Source: an uncultured Actinomycetes bacterium
Lineage (GTDB): Bacteria > Actinomycetota > Thermoleophilia > UBA2241
Direction of reading: 5' to 3'
Length of the DNA: 64,000 bases
NCBI GenBank assembly: GCA_963767005.1
Contig: CAVYCN010000004.1
Coordinates: 480,001-544,000, forward strand
Every line of letters starts with the position of its first letter. The first letter of the stretch is position 1. The position numbers and the translations under genes are program-made. Shown here piece by piece: positions 39,900-49,969 of the stretch. The notes beneath the pieces were generated by a model. It was not told the DNA's origin, did not search any database, and saw only the letters and a list, made by a program, of their open reading frames with translations.

Positions 39900-40733
39900 A
39901 TGTCTGTGGACCGGCTCAGTATCGGTGAGTTCAGCGCCCGCTCGCGACTTTCGCCCAAGGCCCTGCGCCTCTATCAGGAACTCGGTCTGCTCGAGCCGGC
40001 CGCAGTCGACCCCGACACCGGCTATCGCTCCTACGAGCTCGCCCAGCTCAAGCAGGCGCATCTCATCGCCCTGCTGCGCCGGATCGCCCTGCCCCTGGCC
40101 GAGATCAAGGCGATCCTCGCCCTCGATCCGGCGGCTGCGGCACACCGGATCGCGGCCTACTGGGAAGGCGTCGAGGCCGAGCACGACGCCCGTCGCGATC
40201 TCGCCGGCTACGTCGTCGATCTACTCCTGGGAAGGGAGCGTGTCATGTACGAGGTCGCTACGCGCACGTTGCCCGAGCGCAGCTTGCTCTGCCAGTTGCG
40301 CCACGTAGCAGACGAGCAGGAGACCTACGCCTTGGGCAAGGCGTTTCTCGCCATCTTCAAGGAGCGACCGCAGCCTCTCGTCGCGGGCACGCCCTTCCTC
40401 ATCCTCATCTACCACGGCGAGGTGAGCCCCGACAGCGACGGGCCCGTGGAGTTCTGCCGTCCCGTGCCGGTCGAGCAAGCCGAGGAACTCGCCGCGCTCT
40501 ATCCCGAGCTCACCCTGCGCAGCGAGCCGGCCCACGAGGAGGCCTTCGTCCATATCGGCGAAGCGCAGCTCAGCGGCGCGCAGTGGCAGCTCGTCTCGGC
40601 GAGCCTGCGCACCTGGAGCGCAGCCGAGCGACGGACGCCGAGTGACCTGGGTGTGCGGCTCACCTACCTCGCCGAGCCACCAATCACCCCCGACAGCCGG
40701 CCCGAGATCGACTTCGCGGTGCCGCTGAGCTAG
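39900..40733 (+). CDS. MerR-family regulator with GyrI-like effector domain
   Basis: SIGEFS..S.LSPKALRLY...GLL.P..VDPDTGYRSY motif. Confidence 0.93.
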   Translation: MSVDRLSIGEFSARSRLSPKALRLYQELGLLEPAAVDPDTGYRSYELAQLKQAHLIALLRRIALPLAEIKAILALDPAAAAHRIAAYWEGVEAEHDARRDLAGYVVDLLLGRERVMYEVATRTLPERSLLCQLRHVADEQETYALGKAFLAIFKERPQPLVAGTPFLILIYHGEVSPDSDGPVEFCRPVPVEQAEELAALYPELTLRSEPAHEEAFVHIGEAQLSGAQWQLVSASLRTWSAAERRTPSDLGVRLTYLAEPPITPDSRPEIDFAVPLS

Positions 40734-41076
40734 AGACAGGGCGGGCACCAGGAAAGGAGCCCGGGGCGCTGGTCGGCTTGCACATCACCCCGTAACCGGG
40801 TACCCCGTCTCCGCTCGTGTCCGTGGTCTGCCCGGCCTCGATCATGTAGCCGTCCGGATCGCGGATGAAGCAACGGGTCTCGTATTGGTGCTGTTTCGGC
40901 GGCGTCAGGAATTGCGCACCGCGGGCGCTCCATTCGCTGTGGACCGCCTGGATGTCCGCGACGCGGATGTTCAAGAAGCTGCTGACCCGGTCGGGGTCAG
41001 GCGGCGCCTCCAGCGTGACCGTGGGCTTGTCGTCGGTGGGGCCACCGCCGACGTTGATGATGATCCAGCTGTTTGA
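40684..41076 (-). pseudogene. 5'-truncated VOC/glyoxalase gene
   Basis: NSWIIINVGGGPTDDKP...LNIRVADI...RDPDGYMIE; an in-frame stop lies immediately upstream and there is no N-terminus. Confidence 0.75.
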
Positions 41077-41298
41077 GGGTCAGGTCCGAGACGGCGCGGC
41101 GCAGGCGCCGGTTCTCGCGCTCGGCCGCAGGGCGGTGCCCTGACTACGAAACCGGTCAGGCTGTCTTAGTCGCTGCGCTTGGGCACTCTTGCCGACGGCG
41201 AGCCGACTCCGGGCCTGGTCAGAGATTCGCGCGCATCCCAGACGGGCCGTTGATGACATAGCGCCACAGAGCATCTCGGGTTCTCGCGGACGTTCATA

Positions 41299-42075
41299 CT
41301 ACTCCCAGCGAAAATACCGAACGGCGACAAACGCAAAGACGAACGTGTACGCGACCAGCGCGGCGAGAGTCGAGAGCGGCGGTGTCGCATGGAACGCCGA
41401 GTAGAGAACAGCCCGCACTGCGGCGCCACCCGGCGAGTACCACATGATCGCCCGCAGTGGCTCACCGACTTGCACCGGCTGGACCCACAACCCCGACAGG
41501 AAGAGGAGGGCAAAGAAGAGCACCCCGCCGACGATGCTGGAAAGGGTCTGCGTCGGGACCAGGGCCACGACGACCAGTCCCAGCGAGAAGATCTCGGCGA
41601 TGGCGAGCACGAGCGAGAGGATGAAGAACGGGATGTCGACGCGGAGTGGTGCACCGAAGATCACCGTACCGCCGACGGTGGTGATGACGATCGCCGCCGC
41701 GGCGAGTGCGAGGTTGAAGATCAGCTGCGCGGCGAGCAGTCGTGACGGGTGTACTGGCGTCGTGGAGATGCGCCGGAGCCAGCCGATCTCGCGGTCCCTC
41801 ACCAGCGTGTTGGGCAAGGAGATCGCGATGGCGATGAACGAGATGACCATGATCGTCGGGATGTAGAGGTCGATCACGGTCAGGCCGCTGCCGCCCACGT
41901 TCCCCGGTGTGTACCTGCTGATGACCCCGAAGAGCACCAGCAGAACCACGGGGAACCCGACGCCGAGACCTACCCCGTAAGGCTCGCGCAGTGAGAGCCT
42001 GGCCTGCACCTTGAGCAGCGCCCCAAGCTGCGCACGCGAGCGATGGCTGAGCACTGCGTCTGGATGCGGCCTCAT
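41299..42075 (-). CDS. ABC-2 type exporter permease
   Basis: Six TM helices; RE.G.LRR..TTP motif; ends YFRWE. Confidence 0.9.
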   Translation of the reverse strand: MRPHPDAVLSHRSRAQLGALLKVQARLSLREPYGVGLGVGFPVVLLVLFGVISRYTPGNVGGSGLTVIDLYIPTIMVISFIAIAISLPNTLVRDREIGWLRRISTTPVHPSRLLAAQLIFNLALAAAAIVITTVGGTVIFGAPLRVDIPFFILSLVLAIAEIFSLGLVVVALVPTQTLSSIVGGVLFFALLFLSGLWVQPVQVGEPLRAIMWYSPGGAAVRAVLYSAFHATPPLSTLAALVAYTFVFAFVAVRYFRWE

Positions 42076-43040
42076 GCCTGAGCCTCTTCCGATACTGCCG
42101 AGGCGGCGTTCCTGGTGAGGCGGATGAATGCGTCGTCGAGGTTCCCGCGTCGTGCCTCAAGCTCCGCCACCCGGACTCCCCCGGCAGCAAGCGCGTTGAT
42201 CAGCGATGCCGCCAGATCCCCCGTGCCCGTGACCGTCAGGTAGCGGTCCTTGCGCTCCACCGTCTGCACACCGGGGATGGCGTACAGGGCCTCGTCGTCC
42301 ACGGCTCGTGAGGGGACGAAGCGCACGCGGTTTCCGCCGGCTGCGGTGGCGATTGCCTCCGGGGTGTCGAGGACACGTAGGCGTGCCCTATCGATCAGTG
42401 CCACGCGGTCGCACAGGGTCTCAGCCTCGTCCATGAAGTGCGTGACCAAGAGCACGGTGACGCCGCGCTCCCTCATGTGTTCGATGACCGCCCAGATATT
42501 GCGTCGCGCCTCGGGATCGAGCCCGGTGGTGAGCTCATCGAGGATCGCGATCTTGGGATTGCCCACCAGGGCAAGCGCTATGGACACGCGCTGCTTCTGG
42601 CCGCCCGACAGCTTCTTGAAGGCGACGCGCTCGATGTCTTTGACACCAAGGGACTGAAGCACTTCCTGCGGGTCCAGCGGGTCCGAGTAGAACGAGGCGA
42701 AGAGCTCGAGGGCCTCGCCCACCTTCAACCGTGGCGGCAGGGCACTCTCCTGAAGCTGGACGCCGACGAACTCGTTGATCCTGTCCCTGTCGCATTGCGG
42801 AGAGAGTCCGTAGACGCTGATCGCGCCTGAATCCGGAACACGAAGGCCGGAGATGCATTCAACCGTGGTCGTCTTGCCGGCGCCGTTGGGGCCGATGATC
42901 CCGAAGATCTCCCCTTCCTGAATGGCAAAAGACACGTCGTCGACGACGGCGAGACTGCCGTACCGCTTGACGAGGTTCTCGACTCTGACGACGGGTTGTT
43001 TGTCGCACCGGTCGTGGGGTGTCCTTGCGGCTGCTGTCAT
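42072..43040 (-). CDS. ABC exporter ATPase
   Basis: GPNGAGKT, LSGGQ and ILDELTTGLD motifs. Confidence 0.94.
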   Translation of the reverse strand: MTAAARTPHDRCDKQPVVRVENLVKRYGSLAVVDDVSFAIQEGEIFGIIGPNGAGKTTTVECISGLRVPDSGAISVYGLSPQCDRDRINEFVGVQLQESALPPRLKVGEALELFASFYSDPLDPQEVLQSLGVKDIERVAFKKLSGGQKQRVSIALALVGNPKIAILDELTTGLDPEARRNIWAVIEHMRERGVTVLLVTHFMDEAETLCDRVALIDRARLRVLDTPEAIATAAGGNRVRFVPSRAVDDEALYAIPGVQTVERKDRYLTVTGTGDLAASLINALAAGGVRVAELEARRGNLDDAFIRLTRNAASAVSEEAQA

Positions 43041-43099
43041 GGCACCAGGAGGGGCACTGCAAGCGGCGTTGCTTGAGCGACATCTCGTTCGCGCCGCAC

Positions 43100-43291
43100 T
43101 TAGCTCACCGAGTTCCTCAGGAAACGAAAATAGAAGGCTGCAACCACCAAGACAATGCCGATATTGGCTAATAGCCGTGCCAAGAAGTGGTGCCTAAAGA
43201 ACAGCACATCCACGGTGACGATACCCGCTGTCAATATCAAGATACAAAGCACCACGAGCATCATGTAGGTAGTCCTTCGCATTTCAGTCAC
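43100..43291 (-). CDS. Small two-TM membrane protein
   Basis: Two hydrophobic helices joined by DVLFFRHHF; AAGGGGG RBS; locally low GC. Confidence 0.65.
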   Translation of the reverse strand: MTEMRRTTYMMLVVLCILILTAGIVTVDVLFFRHHFLARLLANIGIVLVVAAFYFRFLRNSVS

Positions 43292-43365
43292 CCCCTTACA
43301 TGAAAGGTCGGCTTCTGAGGTGCCCGCTTGGCATTGGCGTGCCCGAACTACGTGGAAGAGTTCAC

Positions 43366-43680
43366 CTACCGTGCCCGAGTGGCCTTGAGCGTGAGCGCCA
43401 GGCTGGGAACGACGAATGATGCAAGGAAGATCGGCAAGAGCCTCTTGCCCTGGCTGTTGAAGCTGATGACCTGGCCATCGCTCACCTGGAACGCGAGCTC
43501 TCGGCTCGAGTAGCGGCCTTCTCGGACCTGCAGGGTGTGACTTCCGGGTTCGATCGCTCTCTCAAAGGTGTCGTGCAACGCGAACGAGCCGACGTCCTTG
43601 CCGTCCATCAGGACCTCGAACGGGCGGCGATGGACCTCGGCACCGATCGTCTCTCGCGTCAGCTTCAGAGTCGCCGACAT
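43366..43680 (-). CDS. Small beta-rich hypothetical protein
   Basis: GGAGAG RBS before MSATLKL; V..DG...G....IEPG.H.LQV pattern; hydrophobic C-terminus. Confidence 0.65.
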   Translation of the reverse strand: MSATLKLTRETIGAEVHRRPFEVLMDGKDVGSFALHDTFERAIEPGSHTLQVREGRYSSRELAFQVSDGQVISFNSQGKRLLPIFLASFVVPSLALTLKATRAR

Positions 43681-43918
43681 CTTCGCTCTCCTTGTCTGCT
43701 CGGGCTTGGGCTGCCTTCCGTTGCTGGCTGGCCGGCTCTCGCGCTGCTGACGATCGACCCCACCATACGGCGGAGTGCTTCTACGACCTACCTCGGCGTT
43801 TCTGCAGACAGGCCGAGTATAATCTGATATCAGTTTACTGTGCCGATGACCGGGGAGACAAACCATCGTCGATGCCGGTCGCGAGTGCCGGTCCGATCTT
43901 GAGGAGAGGGGCGCGGCG

Positions 43919-44131
43919 ATGCCCGAGAGAAAGAGTCTGCTCATCCGCATGGACCCGGCCGTCTACGACGCTCTTGCCCGCTGGGCGAGCGACGAGCTGC
44001 GCAGCACGAACGCGCACATCGAGCTTCTCCTGCGAAGCGCCCTCTTTCGCGCCGGCCGCCTGCCACAGGGGGTAGGCGAGCTGCCGCGGCGAGGGCGACC
44101 GCCGAAGGTGGAGCCCGAGCGGGTCAGGTAA
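43919..44131 (+). CDS. Arc/ribbon-helix-helix DNA-binding protein
   Basis: RKSLLIRMDP..YDAL.RWA.DELRS.N..IE.LL pattern; GAGG RBS; TATAAT at 43818 followed by the palindrome CTGATATCAG. Confidence 0.85.
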   Translation: MPERKSLLIRMDPAVYDALARWASDELRSTNAHIELLLRSALFRAGRLPQGVGELPRRGRPPKVEPERVR

Positions 44132-44464
44132 GGTTCCGGCCCGCCGGCGGAGGGATAATCGACGGCACCTGAACGCAAGGCAGCCGCGCCCAAGCGGCTG
44201 TTGCTCGGCCAACACAGTGGCACTCGCCGGTATGAGCAGCTCCACCGGCCACACTTGATCCTAGACAAGCGCCGCTACTGACGCCCAGGGTCATGCGGAT
44301 ACCCAACCCGCGCATCAGGCTGACCTCGCGTCGCCACCGGCCCGCCACGCTCACCGGTCGTCTCAAATCCCTATTGAGATCCCTTCAGCTCGTCAGAGAC
44401 TGCCAGGCACGGCCATTTGACAGAATGCGCTCCCTAACAGCTGGCGACAGAATGGACCGGGATT

Positions 44465-47257
44465 CTACTGATGCAGTCCCATCCGAAGGAGAGTCTGCCA
44501 CGGTCCAGGCCGCAGGGCCCGCAGCCGCAGCAGACGTCGCACCTCGAGGTTACTCTTCAAGAGCCTGGCAAAGCCGGTGGAGCTCGCTGAAAGGCCGGCC
44601 GGCCAGCCCGGGTTGCGAAAACGCGGGGCTCCCTTCCTGACCACCCTTAGAATGCCCCGACCCGTCACCGCCTGAGCATTGCCGGCCAGGTCTGTTGCCT
44701 GCACCTCGACGTGGTAGGTCCCGGGCTTGAGCGCGCAGTGGAAGCGCAGGTAGAAGTAAGGTACGGGACCGTAGCCCCACGCGTCGGGCAGCTCGACGAA
44801 CCTGCGAAGCGTCTGTCCATGGCGGCCGACGATACTCACCGTGGCCCGGGCCACGTCGCTGGTCGCGTCCTCGGCCATGAAGTAAAGCGTGCCGGTCTTG
44901 CCGGTACCGACCACGGCCTTGCGCGGCACCGAGCAAGCCGGTCCTAGTGTGTCGATACCCACCATCAGACGCTCGGTCTGTTCCTGGTTACCGGCCGTAT
45001 CGGTGGAGCGGTACAGGACCGTGTGCTCGCCGTCGTTGCCGTGATCGGCGGGCGCGTCGATCGAGACCGTCGTCCCGTTCTCCCAGCTCGCACCGCCGCC
45101 GGTGCTGAACTGGGTCGACTGCGGGGCCCCGCCGCCGACGTCGTTGGGAGCAAGGGCGATCGTGGCGGGCTTGTTGTACCAGGCTTCGAAGTCATTCACG
45201 AGGGTCACGGGAGCCGCCGTGTCGCCGCTAACATCCAACGGTGAGACAAGGAAACCATCGCCGAAGGCCCAGACGTGGCTGGCATCGGTGGCCGCGATCG
45301 CGGTGACCCCTTCACCACCGGCCACCTGCTGCCAGCTTGCGCCGCCGTCGGTGGTTGCCCAGACGCCGTTGAGGCCACCGATCCAGCCGTCCGAGGCGTC
45401 GCTGAAGTGGACCGTGCTCGCCAGCACGTCGCTGAGGCTCGTCAGGCGGTCCCAGGTGTGGCCGCCGTCGGTGGTGTGCAGCACCCAGCCCTGCTCTGGG
45501 TCATCGTTTTGGCCGTAGCTCGTGCCGACGGCCCAGCCATCGGAGGCATCGAGGAACTGCAGGTCGGTGATCTCCTGGGCCGCGGCCGGTACCTTCTCCT
45601 TGGCCCAGGTCAGGCCGCCGTTGGTGCTCGCAAAGATCCCGGGCAGTCCGTCGCTGTTCTCGGAGGGCTGGTAGGAGCCGCACGCCCAGCCGTTGGTCGC
45701 GCTCACGAAGTCGACGGCGTCGAGGCTGGCGTTGTCGTACACGTACTGCGGGACCCAGGTCTGCCCGCCGTCGGTTGAGTGCTCCATGGTGAGCGGCGCC
45801 GTCATGCCCATGCCCATGTTGTCGTAGCTGATCGCCCAACCGGTCGATGCGTCGATGAAATCGACACCATCGAGCTCGCCCGAGAGGTTGGACTGCTGCG
45901 GCTGCCACGTGGTGCCACCATCGCTTGTATGGAGGATCACGCTCGAGCCATTGCCCTCTGCATCGGTGCCCACGACCCAGCCATCGTTCGCGTCGGGGAA
46001 GCTCACGCCATCGAGGGAGCTCACCCAGCGCAACGGGCTGGCCTGCTCGGTCCAGTGCATGCCGTCCGAGCTGTGCAGCAGTGCGCCAGCGGCGTCGGTC
46101 GCCCAGATGTCGCTGGCCGAAAGCGCTTGGGCCGCCGTGAAGTAGTACTCCTGGCCCGAGGTCGCCGACTCCCATGTCGAGGCATCGTCGTGGGAGACGA
46201 GGATGCCGTCGCCCGCGGCGCAGACGCTCGGACCGTCGGCCGCGATCGCGCCAGCCGAGTAGGGTGAGGCCAGCGACGAGCTCGTCCAGCGCTCACCGCC
46301 GTCGGTGGAGTGCTGTACGGTCACGGTGCCGCCGCCCTCGAAGCCCTCGTACAACTCGTCCGCGCCGTAGAACGTCCCGTAGCCGCTCTCCAGCAACCAG
46401 ATGCTGGAAGGCCCCGTCGCATCCAGGGCGCTCACCCAGACGTCGCCGATGGCGACCTTCCGCCAGAGAAAGCCACCGTCGCTCGTGGCGAGGACGGTGC
46501 TGGCCCCAGTGTCCTGCGAGTAGGCGAGAATCCAGCCGTGCAGTGGATCGCTGAAGTCGACCTGCGTGGCGACCATGTCGCGCGTCAGTCCGCCGGGCAC
46601 GGCCAGCCAGCCGTGTCCGCCGGTCGTCGTCAGGAAGAGCTGGTTGTTGACCGCCGCCCAGCCCTGCCTGGCGCTGACGAGATCGACCAGGACGTCGCTC
46701 GCAGAGATGCCGCCGTAGGGCGAGGAGACCGGCTCGACGTTCAGCCGCTCGGTGGTCCAGTTGCCACCGCCGTTTCCCGTGATGAGCACCTCGCCGTTGC
46801 TGGTGCCGACCAACCCGTGGGTGGCGTCGACGAAGCTGACGTCGGCGAGCGAGGTCTTCAGACCGGCCGGCGTGACGTCTTGCCACGTGGTGCCGCTATC
46901 CGTGGTCGCAACGACGACACCGCCTCCGGAGGTCAACGGTCCGCCACAGGCCCAGCCGTGCCGCGCATCGGGGAAGCTCACCGACCAGAGGTCGTCATTG
47001 GTCGGGGTGGGCTGCACCGCCCAGCTGCTGCCGGCGTCGCTGCTGTGCAGGACGAGGCCGCCGGCACCGACCGACCAGACATCGCCGGCGTCGGGGAAGG
47101 CAAGAGCGCTCAGTCCGGCGATACCGCCTGCCGGCTGCGGCATCTGCCAGTACCAGCCATTGTTGCCGTCGGGCTGCAGCGCCCACGCCGGTGAGGCCAT
47201 CAAGGCCCCGAGGGCAAGCGTCGTCGCGAGGCACATCACAAGCCAACCGCGCTTCAT
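44465..47257 (-). CDS. Secreted YCF48-like BNR/Asp-box beta-propeller protein with C-terminal beta-sandwich modules
   Basis: Signal peptide MKRGW...AWA; many (S/T)xDGGxxW and V.F.D...GW repeats. Confidence 0.88.
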   Translation of the reverse strand: MKRGWLVMCLATTLALGALMASPAWALQPDGNNGWYWQMPQPAGGIAGLSALAFPDAGDVWSVGAGGLVLHSSDAGSSWAVQPTPTNDDLWSVSFPDARHGWACGGPLTSGGGVVVATTDSGTTWQDVTPAGLKTSLADVSFVDATHGLVGTSNGEVLITGNGGGNWTTERLNVEPVSSPYGGISASDVLVDLVSARQGWAAVNNQLFLTTTGGHGWLAVPGGLTRDMVATQVDFSDPLHGWILAYSQDTGASTVLATSDGGFLWRKVAIGDVWVSALDATGPSSIWLLESGYGTFYGADELYEGFEGGGTVTVQHSTDGGERWTSSSLASPYSAGAIAADGPSVCAAGDGILVSHDDASTWESATSGQEYYFTAAQALSASDIWATDAAGALLHSSDGMHWTEQASPLRWVSSLDGVSFPDANDGWVVGTDAEGNGSSVILHTSDGGTTWQPQQSNLSGELDGVDFIDASTGWAISYDNMGMGMTAPLTMEHSTDGGQTWVPQYVYDNASLDAVDFVSATNGWACGSYQPSENSDGLPGIFASTNGGLTWAKEKVPAAAQEITDLQFLDASDGWAVGTSYGQNDDPEQGWVLHTTDGGHTWDRLTSLSDVLASTVHFSDASDGWIGGLNGVWATTDGGASWQQVAGGEGVTAIAATDASHVWAFGDGFLVSPLDVSGDTAAPVTLVNDFEAWYNKPATIALAPNDVGGGAPQSTQFSTGGGASWENGTTVSIDAPADHGNDGEHTVLYRSTDTAGNQEQTERLMVGIDTLGPACSVPRKAVVGTGKTGTLYFMAEDATSDVARATVSIVGRHGQTLRRFVELPDAWGYGPVPYFYLRFHCALKPGTYHVEVQATDLAGNAQAVTGRGILRVVRKGAPRFRNPGWPAGLSASSTGFARLLKSNLEVRRLLRLRALRPGPWQTLLRMGLHQ

Positions 47258-47334
47258 CGATGATCCCCTCCAGATACTCTCGCGCATGGGCGAGCATGCG
47301 CCGAATCGAGCCGACCCAGCGACCCGGGGCGCCA

Positions 47335-48714
47335 TCAGCGCACCACCAGGGTGTTGACGGCGACGGTCGAGCCGCGGTTGCCGGCGGCATCGATCGCCGA
47401 GACCGTGAAGCGATAGTGTCCCTTCGGCAACGTGCAACGGAAGACGAAGTCGTGGGTGTGATTGACCGTGACCGGCAGCACGACCCGCTTTGCCAGGCGA
47501 CCGTGGGCGTTCACGATCTCGATCGTCACGGCCGCGTCAGGACCACCCGGCGGAGGGTCGCTGATCAGGTAGCGCAGGGCCGCACGTGCTCTGCGCTTGA
47601 CGCTCGCGGGCCAGTTTGCGATCGGTGTCGGCGCCGTCGTGTCGATGCGCACCAGGCAGATGCGGCGCGCCTCGACGTTGCCGACGTTGTCGACCGAGCG
47701 GTAGACGACCTTGTGGATGCCGTCGTTGCTGTGGTCGGCGGGCGCGGGGATGGTGGCCGAGTCGGCCTTGACCCAGGTGACGCCGTCGTTGAGCGAGTAC
47801 TCGGTGTAGGCGACGCCGCTGCCGCCGGGGTTGTCGGTGACGAGGAAGCGCAGCGTCACCGGCTTGTGGTGCCAGCGTGAGTCGGCGCCAAGGACGATCG
47901 TGTGCGGCGCCGTGACGTCGGTCGTCACCGAGAAACTCGTGCCGTCTGGACTGAGCGGCAGGGCCTGATCGATCAGGGCTTGAGTGACCGTCCCGGAGTA
48001 CTCGTCGTAGTCTTCGGAGATCATGTCGATCCGGTTCCAGTCGTAGGCGCTGATCGGCTGGCCGTCGAAGGCGCAGCCGGTGAATGCCATGGTGCCGAAG
48101 TCCGCGATGGGCACGATGCCCTCGTCGCTGCTGGGCGCCTCGGCGATCACTTCGGCCGAGGCGAGGGCCGGCGGGACATTCATCGTCTGCATGGCCTGGT
48201 AGGAGACGGCCGTCGTGCGGTCCACCAGGCTCAGGGTGAAGATCGCCCCCGATTCGCTGACACTGGCGGTGATCGAATCGCCGGGACGGATCGACATGTC
48301 GAGCGGCACGGGCGCGGCGGGATACATCTCGTACCAGGCGTCGTAGCCCACCACACCCTCGCTGTAGCCCTCGGTGCCGATCTGTTCGACGGTATCGGAG
48401 TTGTCGCCGTCGAGACCGACCCAGAAGGCGGCGTCAGTGAAGGTGGCACCGGCATTGCGGATGGCCGGCTGCACCCAGCTGGCAGTGACGCTCGTGAAGG
48501 GACCGTCAGTCGAGTCGTCGTAGCCCGACCAGTTGGACGAGGTGGTCGTCGTGCCCATCAAAGGATGTGTGCCGACTGCCGGCCGCGTTTGGAGGCCTAT
48601 CAGGGGATGGGTGCGGGTGGCAGGCCGGTTGGCCCCCCACGCCACGGCAGGGAAGCAGATCAGCGCAACGATCGCCAGGCACGAACATGCCAGTAGTACC
48701 CATGAGCGCCTCAT
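47335..48714 (-). CDS. Secreted G1-family glutamic peptidase with C-terminal beta-sandwich modules
   Basis: Signal peptide; SNWSGY, WVGLDG, EQIG (Gln), AWYEMYP and SAEVIAE (Glu) motifs. Confidence 0.88.
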   Translation of the reverse strand: MRRSWVLLACSCLAIVALICFPAVAWGANRPATRTHPLIGLQTRPAVGTHPLMGTTTTSSNWSGYDDSTDGPFTSVTASWVQPAIRNAGATFTDAAFWVGLDGDNSDTVEQIGTEGYSEGVVGYDAWYEMYPAAPVPLDMSIRPGDSITASVSESGAIFTLSLVDRTTAVSYQAMQTMNVPPALASAEVIAEAPSSDEGIVPIADFGTMAFTGCAFDGQPISAYDWNRIDMISEDYDEYSGTVTQALIDQALPLSPDGTSFSVTTDVTAPHTIVLGADSRWHHKPVTLRFLVTDNPGGSGVAYTEYSLNDGVTWVKADSATIPAPADHSNDGIHKVVYRSVDNVGNVEARRICLVRIDTTAPTPIANWPASVKRRARAALRYLISDPPPGGPDAAVTIEIVNAHGRLAKRVVLPVTVNHTHDFVFRCTLPKGHYRFTVSAIDAAGNRGSTVAVNTLVVR

Positions 48715-49003
48715 TGATGCCCCCCTATCTTCACGATGCGAAGCAGTGCCGGCCTGTCGCGCTGGGAGCCTAGCAGCGATTTGTTAGGGCACGGTGAGCA
48801 TCCTGGGGGCCTATGAACCGGGATTCGGCTCCACTTTCAAGGTTCGTGCTGCCACCTGGATGAAGCTGTACCTGACTCCGTAACCGGTGAGGCAGCCTTT
48901 CTTGCTGCCCATAGGCGTGTTGCCGACAGCCGGCCGACGGGTCATCGTGGTCCGGGCCGAAGAAGCTGAAGCTTGGCCAGACCACCCGAATACCTAGCCT
49001 CGA

Positions 49004-49969
49004 CTACTGTCGCGTCACCGTGAAGCTCGTACCTTCGTCCCTCACCGGCGAGATGAAGGACTCCATCGAGCCGTCGTCGCCCTGTACGTCGAATGTGGTG
49101 AGAGGGAATGCGTCGATCGGGTGTCCCTCGAAGGCGCAGCGTGTGAAGCGGACGGGCGCGAAGTCAGCGAGGTCGGTGTCGCCGTAGTTGGACTCCTCGA
49201 TGACGATGGCTGCGTGAGTGTTGCCGACCCGGACGAGCTGCACCGTGGAGAACTTCCGGCCGCTCGTGTGGTTCAGCAGGCTGAGCCGGAAGTGGTCGTC
49301 GCCCATTCGCTCGACCGTCGCGGTGAGCAGGTCCCCTGGCTTCACGGCAAGGCCGGCCTCCACTGTGGCAGCAGGGAACAGCTCATACCACGCGTAGTAG
49401 GTTGCCGGCGTGTGGCGCTGGCACCGGGCAGAGATGCCAACCTGCTCGAGGTGGCCCTCGGCGTCTCGCAGACCGACCCAGAACGACGCCTCGTTGGCTC
49501 GAGAGCCCAGCGCACGGACCGACGGCTGCACCCAGCTGGCCGTGACTGAACTGATGCCGTCGCGGCTCGTGCCATAGCCGGCCCACGTCTGGGCGTCCGC
49601 AGGTCGAGTCGCTGGCGTCCCAGGATAGTCGGCCGCGAGCACCGCGATCGGCCCTGCGAGGAAGATCGCGCAGCTTGCGATGAGCAGGGGACGGGGAGCC
49701 TTCTTCGTGTGACCGATGCGTCTCATCAAGTAGACGACAAGGTTCCAGAGAGCAGCGGCGCACGTAGCGGCGGCGCCGGCGAGGGTGAGCAAGAAACAGA
49801 GACCGCGGAACCAGCCGGTGTCGCTGGACAGCCCCATGATGCGGCCGACACCGTAGGATGCTGCCACACCGAGAGCGGATAAGCCAAGGCCGAACGCGAG
49901 GTACGTCAGTCGGCGGTGCAGCCATCCGGAGTTCGCCGCCGGCAACTCCACCGCAACGTCGTCTGTCAT
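49004..49969 (-). CDS. Membrane-anchored G1-family glutamic peptidase
   Basis: Three N-terminal TM helices; WAGY, FWVGL, EQVG, AWYELFP and AAIVIE motifs. Confidence 0.8.
   Translation of the reverse strand: MTDDVAVELPAANSGWLHRRLTYLAFGLGLSALGVAASYGVGRIMGLSSDTGWFRGLCFLLTLAGAAATCAAALWNLVVYLMRRIGHTKKAPRPLLIASCAIFLAGPIAVLAADYPGTPATRPADAQTWAGYGTSRDGISSVTASWVQPSVRALGSRANEASFWVGLRDAEGHLEQVGISARCQRHTPATYYAWYELFPAATVEAGLAVKPGDLLTATVERMGDDHFRLSLLNHTSGRKFSTVQLVRVGNTHAAIVIEESNYGDTDLADFAPVRFTRCAFEGHPIDAFPLTTFDVQGDDGSMESFISPVRDEGTSFTVTRQ

Noticed and set aside
48770-48790. CTAGCA..TTTGTTAG similarity to 60499-60520 as a left island end
   Set aside because: Too short, and no tRNA fragment is adjacent.
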